Below, piece after piece: positions 58,251 to 63,360 of a stretch of 63,360 bases of DNA. How positions within the stretch are numbered: position 1 is the stretch's first letter; the number at the start of each line of letters is the position of its first letter. The stretch comes from Clostridia bacterium (GTDB taxonomy: Bacteria; Bacillota; Clostridia; UMGS1883), in the NCBI GenBank assembly GCA_051866635.1, contig JBJDXJ010000006.1:10287-73646 (forward strand), read 5' to 3'. A program made the translations under genes and the position numbers. Under the pieces are notes generated by a model that saw nothing but the letters and a program-made list of their open reading frames with translations, had not been told where the DNA came from and made no database searches.

Positions 58251-58769
58251 ATGAAAAACAATGTAGTATTAATCGGCATGCCCGGTAGCGGAAAGAGCAC
58301 TATAGGGGTCCTTTTAGCAAAAATAATCGGCTATGATTTTATTGACTCTGACCTTCTTATTCAATCACGTGAGGGCAAAAAGCTTTGTGAAATTATAAAT
58401 GACTCGGGGCTTGAATATTTTGATAAGGTTGAAAATGAAGTGAATGCATCTATCACCTGTTCAAATACAGTTATTGCAACGGGCGGAAGTGTTGTTTACG
58501 GTAAAGAAGCAATGGAGCATTTAAAAAAAATCGGCACTGTGGCATATCTTAACGTTCCCCTTGCTGAAATCGAAAGGCGTATAGATAACATGGCAACACG
58601 TGGCATATCAATTAAGGAAGGACAAACATTGAAAGACTTGTACAATGAACGTACAGTGCTTTACAAAAAATATGCCGATGTTGAAGTGAAATTCAACAAA
58701 AAAAGCATTTCTAAAAATGCATATGCATTGGCGGAAGCATTGGGCTTTCCAAAAGAGCTTTATGAATAA
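58251..58769 (+). CDS. aroK: Shikimate kinase
   Basis: LIGMPGSGKST, FIDSD, IATGG, LYNER. Confidence 0.92.
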   Translation: MKNNVVLIGMPGSGKSTIGVLLAKIIGYDFIDSDLLIQSREGKKLCEIINDSGLEYFDKVENEVNASITCSNTVIATGGSVVYGKEAMEHLKKIGTVAYLNVPLAEIERRIDNMATRGISIKEGQTLKDLYNERTVLYKKYADVEVKFNKKSISKNAYALAEALGFPKELYE

Positions 58770-58778
58770 AAGTATTAG

Positions 58779-58891
58779 AACAAAGTGTCTCCTCGCTTTT
58801 GGCGATAGTTGCCTCTAAAGTGAACAGAGGAGAAAACACTTTGTTACGCCATGTGCGTTTTCCGAGCTGTGCGAGGAAATTCTCGCACGGC
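58779..58891. other. Unexplained structured intergenic element (two hairpins)
   Basis: AACAAAGTGT-CTCCTC pairs with GAGGAG-AAA-ACACTTTGTT; GCTGTGCGAG pairs with CTCGCACGGC. Confidence 0.55.
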
Positions 58892-58907
58892 AATAGAATA
58901 AAATATA

Positions 58908-58995
58908 TTTTTTACATTATAGGAAATTAGAAATTTCCTATAATGTAAAAAAACTCCTGAAAATCGGATTAAAACCGATTTTCAGGAGTTTTTTT
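58908..58995. terminator. Two overlapping perfect 21-bp-arm hairpins; the second is a bidirectional terminator
   Basis: 58908-58952 and 58947-58995, between the convergent aroK and hydA. Confidence 0.8.
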
Positions 58996-59003
58996 ATTTA
59001 TAA

Positions 59004-60743
59004 TTAATATCTGTCTCTCTTTTTATAATGTGTATGGAGAAGTTCATGACTCTTATGACCGCAAGGTTCACCAAGATATTCTTCATACAGCTTTTTAATA
59101 TAGGGGTTTTCGTGGCTCTTACGAAGTTTAAGGCTCTTATCCTCATCGTAAATAGCTTTTGCACGGATTGATGCAATGTCCTTTTCCATTCTTTCCTTAT
59201 TGGAAACAATGGGCTGACCGCCGCCTGTAATACATCCGTTGGGGCATGCCATGATTTCGATGAAATCTACCTTCACTTCCCCACTCTTTATAGAATCAAG
59301 AAGCTTCTTCGCATTAGCCAATCCATGGGCAACAGCCGCACGTACAGTTACATCACCTGCAGAAACATTTGCAAATCTTATGCCTTCAAAGCCACGCACT
59401 TCTTCATAATCAACCTTATCAACAGCCTTTCCGCTAAGCACTTCCGCTACTGTACGGAGAGCCGCTTCCATAACGCCGCCTGTAACGCCGAAGATAACAC
59501 CCGCACCTGTTGCTTCATCGCCAAAGGGTGTATCAAAGACTTCATCGGGAAGCTTTGCGTACTGGATACCGCTTTCACGAATCATTGTGGCAAGTTCACG
59601 TGTTGTAAGAACTGCATCAACATCTCTTAATCCGTTTGCAGAAAGTTCTTCACGGGAAGACTCAAACTTCTTAGCAGTACATGGCATAACAGATACAACG
59701 TAAATATCCTCGGGTTTTATACCTTCCTTTTCTGCATAGTAGCTCTTCAAAACTGCACCGAACATTTCATGGGGTGACTTACAGCTACTTAAGTTATCCA
59801 GAAAATCAGGATAATTATGTTCACAGAACTTAACCCAACCGGGACTACATGATGTAATCATAGGAAGTGTGCCGCCGTTTTGAATTCTGTGTAAAAGCTC
59901 TGTTCCTTCTTCCATAATTGTAAGGTCTGCACCAAAGTCTGTATCGAACACCTTATCAAAGCCAAGTCGACGCAGTGCCGCAACCATCTTGCCTGTTGTT
60001 GCAACGCCTTCAATGCCGAATTCTTCGCCAAGTGCGGCACGTACCGCAGGAGCAGTCTGAACAACAACATGCTTATCGGATGCAAGGGCAGCCCAAACAT
60101 CACTCTTTGAATCCTTTTCGCGGAGTGCACCTACAGGACAAGCCGCAATACACTGACCGCAGTTTATACAGTCAATTTCGCTAAGGCTCATTTCAAAAGC
60201 ACAACCAATCTGTGTTTTGAAGCCTCGGCCTATAGGACTTATAGCACCTACTGCTTGAATATTATGACATACATTTACACATCGTCTGCAAAGTATACAC
60301 TTATTATTATCCCTTACAATGGATGGTGAAAGGTCATCAATTTCATAAGCTGTTCTTTCGCCCTCGTATGGAATATCAGAAACGCCAAGTTCATCTGCAA
60401 GAGCCTGAAGCTCACAGTTACGGTTTCTCACACAGGTAAGACACTTTCTGTCATGGTTACTTAAAAGAAGTTCAAGAACAGCCTTTCTTGTTTCCCTTAC
60501 CTTAGGAGTATTTGTATAAACTTCAATACCTTCTGCAACAGGGTATACGCAAGCTGCCTGAAGTGCTCTGCCACCTTTAATTTCAACAAGACACATTCTG
60601 CAAGAGCCTGTCTTGCTCAAATCCTTAAGATAACACAGTGTGGGTATTTCAATACCTACCTGTCTTGCAGCTTCCAAAACAGTGGTACCGGCAGGAACAG
60701 TTACGTCCAGACCGTTTATTTTCAAATTAACCATATTCATCAA
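59004..60743 (-). CDS. hydA: [FeFe]-hydrogenase catalytic subunit (group A, NADH-dependent)
   Basis: H-cluster motifs TSCSPGW, MPCTAKKFE, EIMACPNGCITGGGQP; N-terminal Fe-S domains. Confidence 0.96.
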   Translation of the reverse strand: MMNMVNLKINGLDVTVPAGTTVLEAARQVGIEIPTLCYLKDLSKTGSCRMCLVEIKGGRALQAACVYPVAEGIEVYTNTPKVRETRKAVLELLLSNHDRKCLTCVRNRNCELQALADELGVSDIPYEGERTAYEIDDLSPSIVRDNNKCILCRRCVNVCHNIQAVGAISPIGRGFKTQIGCAFEMSLSEIDCINCGQCIAACPVGALREKDSKSDVWAALASDKHVVVQTAPAVRAALGEEFGIEGVATTGKMVAALRRLGFDKVFDTDFGADLTIMEEGTELLHRIQNGGTLPMITSCSPGWVKFCEHNYPDFLDNLSSCKSPHEMFGAVLKSYYAEKEGIKPEDIYVVSVMPCTAKKFESSREELSANGLRDVDAVLTTRELATMIRESGIQYAKLPDEVFDTPFGDEATGAGVIFGVTGGVMEAALRTVAEVLSGKAVDKVDYEEVRGFEGIRFANVSAGDVTVRAAVAHGLANAKKLLDSIKSGEVKVDFIEIMACPNGCITGGGQPIVSNKERMEKDIASIRAKAIYDEDKSLKLRKSHENPYIKKLYEEYLGEPCGHKSHELLHTHYKKRDRY

Positions 60744-60759
60744 ATCCCACTCCTTTCTA

Positions 60760-62631
60760 TTACTTCTTCACGATAGCGCCGAACTTACATGTTTCCATGC
60801 AGACACCGCACTTAACGCATTTTTCTGTATTAATAGTGTACGGACTTCTGATTTCACCGGTGATAGCACCAACGGGACACTTACGTGCACAAGCAGAACA
60901 ACCCTTACACTTATCCTTGTCAATAACATAGCTTGTAAGTGCCTTACATACACCTGCGGGGCACTTTTTGTCAACAACGTGTGCAACATATTCATCACGG
61001 AAATATCTCAGTGTTGACAATACAGGGTTAGGAGCAGTCTGTCCAAGACCGCAAAGTGAAGCATTCTTTATGTAATAGCACAATTCTTCCAGCTTATCCA
61101 AATCTTCCAATGTTCCCTGGCCCTTTGTAATCTTTGTCAAGATTTCAAGAAGTCTCTTTGTACCTACACGGCAAGGTGTACATTTACCGCATGATTCATC
61201 AACTGTAAATTCAAGGAAGAACTTTGCAATGTCAACCATACAGTTGTCTTCATCCATTACGATAAGACCGCCTGAACCCATCATAGAACCGATTGCCATA
61301 AGCGAATCATAGTCAATGGGCGTGTCAATAAGCTCTGCAGGAATACATCCGCCGGAGGGTCCGCCTGTTTGTGCCGCCTTGAACTTTTTACCGTTGGGAA
61401 TACCTCCGCCTATTTCTTCAACAATTTCACGAAGTGTTGTACCCATGGGAACTTCAACAAGACCTGTGTTATTAATTTTACCACCCAGAGCGAACACCTT
61501 TGTACCCTTACTCTTTTCAGTACCCATAGATGCAAACCACTGGGCACCGTTTAATATAATCTTGGGAATATTTGCATATGTTTCAACATTATTTAGAATT
61601 GTGGGCTTATCAAAAAGACCCTTAACTGCCGGGAACGGAGGACGGGGACGAGGTTCGCCACGGTGACCTTCGATACTTGTCATAAGAGCAGTTTCTTCAC
61701 CGCATACGAAAGCACCTGCACCAAGACGAATTTCAATGTCAAAGTCAAATCCTGTGCCGAAAATATCCTTTCCCAACAAGCCGTATTCCTTCGCCTGTGC
61801 TATTGCAATCTTCAATCTCTGAACTGCAATGGGGTATTCTGCACGGATATAAATATAGCCCATGTTTGAACCGATTGCATACCCTGCAATTGCCATAGCT
61901 TCCAATACTGTGTGGGGATCACTTTCAAGAATACTTCTGTCCATGAATGCACCCGGGTCGCCTTCATCGGCGTTACAGCACACATACTTCTGGTCATCCA
62001 CACTCTTTGATGCAAAATCCCATTTCATACCTGTGGGGAAGCCACCGCCGCCACGGCCACGGAGACCGGACGCTTTAATCTCGTTAATAACATCTGTGGG
62101 AGACATCTCGGTAAGCACCTTACCAAGTGCCTGATATGCATCCATACCAATAGCTTCTTCAATGTTTTCAGGGCTTATAACACCGCCATTATGAAGAGCA
62201 ACTCTGTGCTGTTTTTTATAGAAATTAGTTTCTTTAAGGCTCTTTAATTTATCACCTTCAAGTGTTTCGGGATATACAAGTTCCTTAACAACTTCACCCT
62301 TTACAAGGTGGTTTGAAACAATCTTTTCAACATCTTCTTTTTGAACACGACTATAGAATGTACCTTCGGGGTACACAATAACGATGGGACCTAATGCACA
62401 AAGACCGAAGCATCCTGTTTTAACCATCTGTACCTGGTCCTTTATACCGTACTTTTCAAGCTGAAGGTCAAACTCCTTAAGTAAAGTTTCACTGCCGGAG
62501 GATGTACATCCTGTACCACCGCACACCAATACATCATACTTTACGCCTGCGTCACCTTCTTCGTTGATACGCATGGCAAGAGTAGGTCTTATTTTATCTC
62601 TTAATGCTTTGAGTTCCTGTAAATTTTTCAT
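60760..62631 (-). CDS. hydB: NuoF-like flavin/NADH subunit HydB
   Basis: GLRGRGGGGFP, NADEGDPGAFMDR, CGEETAL, ESCGKCTPCR, C-terminal 2x[4Fe-4S]. Confidence 0.95.
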   Translation of the reverse strand: MKNLQELKALRDKIRPTLAMRINEEGDAGVKYDVLVCGGTGCTSSGSETLLKEFDLQLEKYGIKDQVQMVKTGCFGLCALGPIVIVYPEGTFYSRVQKEDVEKIVSNHLVKGEVVKELVYPETLEGDKLKSLKETNFYKKQHRVALHNGGVISPENIEEAIGMDAYQALGKVLTEMSPTDVINEIKASGLRGRGGGGFPTGMKWDFASKSVDDQKYVCCNADEGDPGAFMDRSILESDPHTVLEAMAIAGYAIGSNMGYIYIRAEYPIAVQRLKIAIAQAKEYGLLGKDIFGTGFDFDIEIRLGAGAFVCGEETALMTSIEGHRGEPRPRPPFPAVKGLFDKPTILNNVETYANIPKIILNGAQWFASMGTEKSKGTKVFALGGKINNTGLVEVPMGTTLREIVEEIGGGIPNGKKFKAAQTGGPSGGCIPAELIDTPIDYDSLMAIGSMMGSGGLIVMDEDNCMVDIAKFFLEFTVDESCGKCTPCRVGTKRLLEILTKITKGQGTLEDLDKLEELCYYIKNASLCGLGQTAPNPVLSTLRYFRDEYVAHVVDKKCPAGVCKALTSYVIDKDKCKGCSACARKCPVGAITGEIRSPYTINTEKCVKCGVCMETCKFGAIVKK

Positions 62632-62649
62632 TTTGAATTACACCTCCGA

Positions 62650-63141
62650 TTACATATACTTATCAAGAATTCCCTGAACATCATCAACTGTAAGTCTGCC
62701 ATAAACATCCTCATTAACAGTGACAACAGGTGCAAGACCGCATGCACCAACGCACCTTGTTGCAGTAAGGGAAAACTTTCCGTCAGGCGTACATTCACCA
62801 ACATCTATACCGAGAATTTGCTTCAATTTTTCCAAAATATCGCCACTGCCCTTTACATAACAAGCAGTACCGAGGCATACACCGATTTCATACTGTCCCT
62901 TGGGATTAAGTGAAAACTGTGCATAGAAAGTTACAACGCCGTAAACTTCCGACAAGGAAACGCCCAAGCCTTCAGCAATAATCGCCTGAACTTCAATGGG
63001 AAGATATCCGTAAATATCCTGTGCCTCATGAAGGACGGGAATCAATGCACCCTTGGTGTCCTTGTGGCTTTCGATAACTTCCCGAAGCTTCGCTTCCTGT
63101 TCGGGAGTCCCGTTAAAAGGGATTTTTGATTGTTTGCTCAT
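62650..63141 (-). CDS. hydC: NuoE-like [2Fe-2S] subunit HydC
   Basis: VCLGTAC, RCVGACGLAP. Confidence 0.95.
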   Translation of the reverse strand: MSKQSKIPFNGTPEQEAKLREVIESHKDTKGALIPVLHEAQDIYGYLPIEVQAIIAEGLGVSLSEVYGVVTFYAQFSLNPKGQYEIGVCLGTACYVKGSGDILEKLKQILGIDVGECTPDGKFSLTATRCVGACGLAPVVTVNEDVYGRLTVDDVQGILDKYM

Positions 63142-63311
63142 TTTCTTACCTCCTGTATATTACAAATTAATTTTCTATCTTGCTCACATAAAACAATTAT
63201 ATAAAATTTTTCTACAAAAAGCAAGTGTTTTTATGCAATTTTAACAAGTATTTTAAAGGCATTTTAATAATTACATGAAATCTGCCGAAATTATTATACC
63301 AGGATAACAAT

Positions 63312-63342
63312 AAATATCCACCCGCAATAGCGGGTGGTATTT
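63312..63342. terminator. GC-rich hairpin upstream of the hyd operon
   Basis: CCACCCGC-AATA-GCGGGTGG; context truncated by the window end. Confidence 0.4.
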
Positions 63343-63360
63343 CATTTTCGGGTATAACCC

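Noticed and set aside
58711-58893. 60-aa minus-strand ORF
   Set aside because: Overlaps the aroK end and hairpins; no RBS
1124-63244. Numerous short + strand and alternate-frame ORFs in the track
   Set aside because: They are shadows of well-supported minus-strand genes and show no recognisable motifs; only 12190-13662 and 58251-58769 are credible on the + strand
63230-63247. Rex operator upstream of hydC
   Set aside because: Only one half-site (TTGTTAA) matches in AT-rich DNA

Overview
Low-GC Clostridia-like (Bacillota) chromosome segment with almost all genes on the minus strand. About 49.5 kb of accessory DNA lies between two convergent tRNAs (tRNA-Ser 236-324 +, tRNA-Gln 49899-49972 -). 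It has four parts: (i) a string of small GNAT/CPBP/DUF5131/membrane genes whose borders carry a recurrent 16-bp imperfect palindrome; (ii) stress and two-component genes; (iii) a ~26-kb co-directional unit (13672-39815) headed by a sigmaA promoter and a c-di-GMP-I (GEMM-I) riboswitch, encoding a B-repeat secreted protein, an HprK-like kinase, an unannotated 54-aa lasso-type precursor peptide (35636-35800), an RRE/PqqD protein, an S26-like peptidase, a GT-C-like membrane protein, a Gram-positive pelDEAFG set, five more glycosyltransferases, a pyruvyltransferase, a flippase and a RiPP-type nucleotidyltransferase, with no lasso cyclase and with a GGDEF cyclase gene just upstream; (iv) secreted lyase-like and lectin proteins. 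The remainder is housekeeping: tig-clpP-clpX, ddh, a SodC-like gene, aroK and a HydABC [FeFe]-hydrogenase. The best candidate for an undescribed system is the riboswitch-controlled RiPP/Pel-exopolysaccharide hybrid unit; the second is the cassette-like gene array next to tRNA-Ser. All family calls are by-eye motif recognition; no database search was run.
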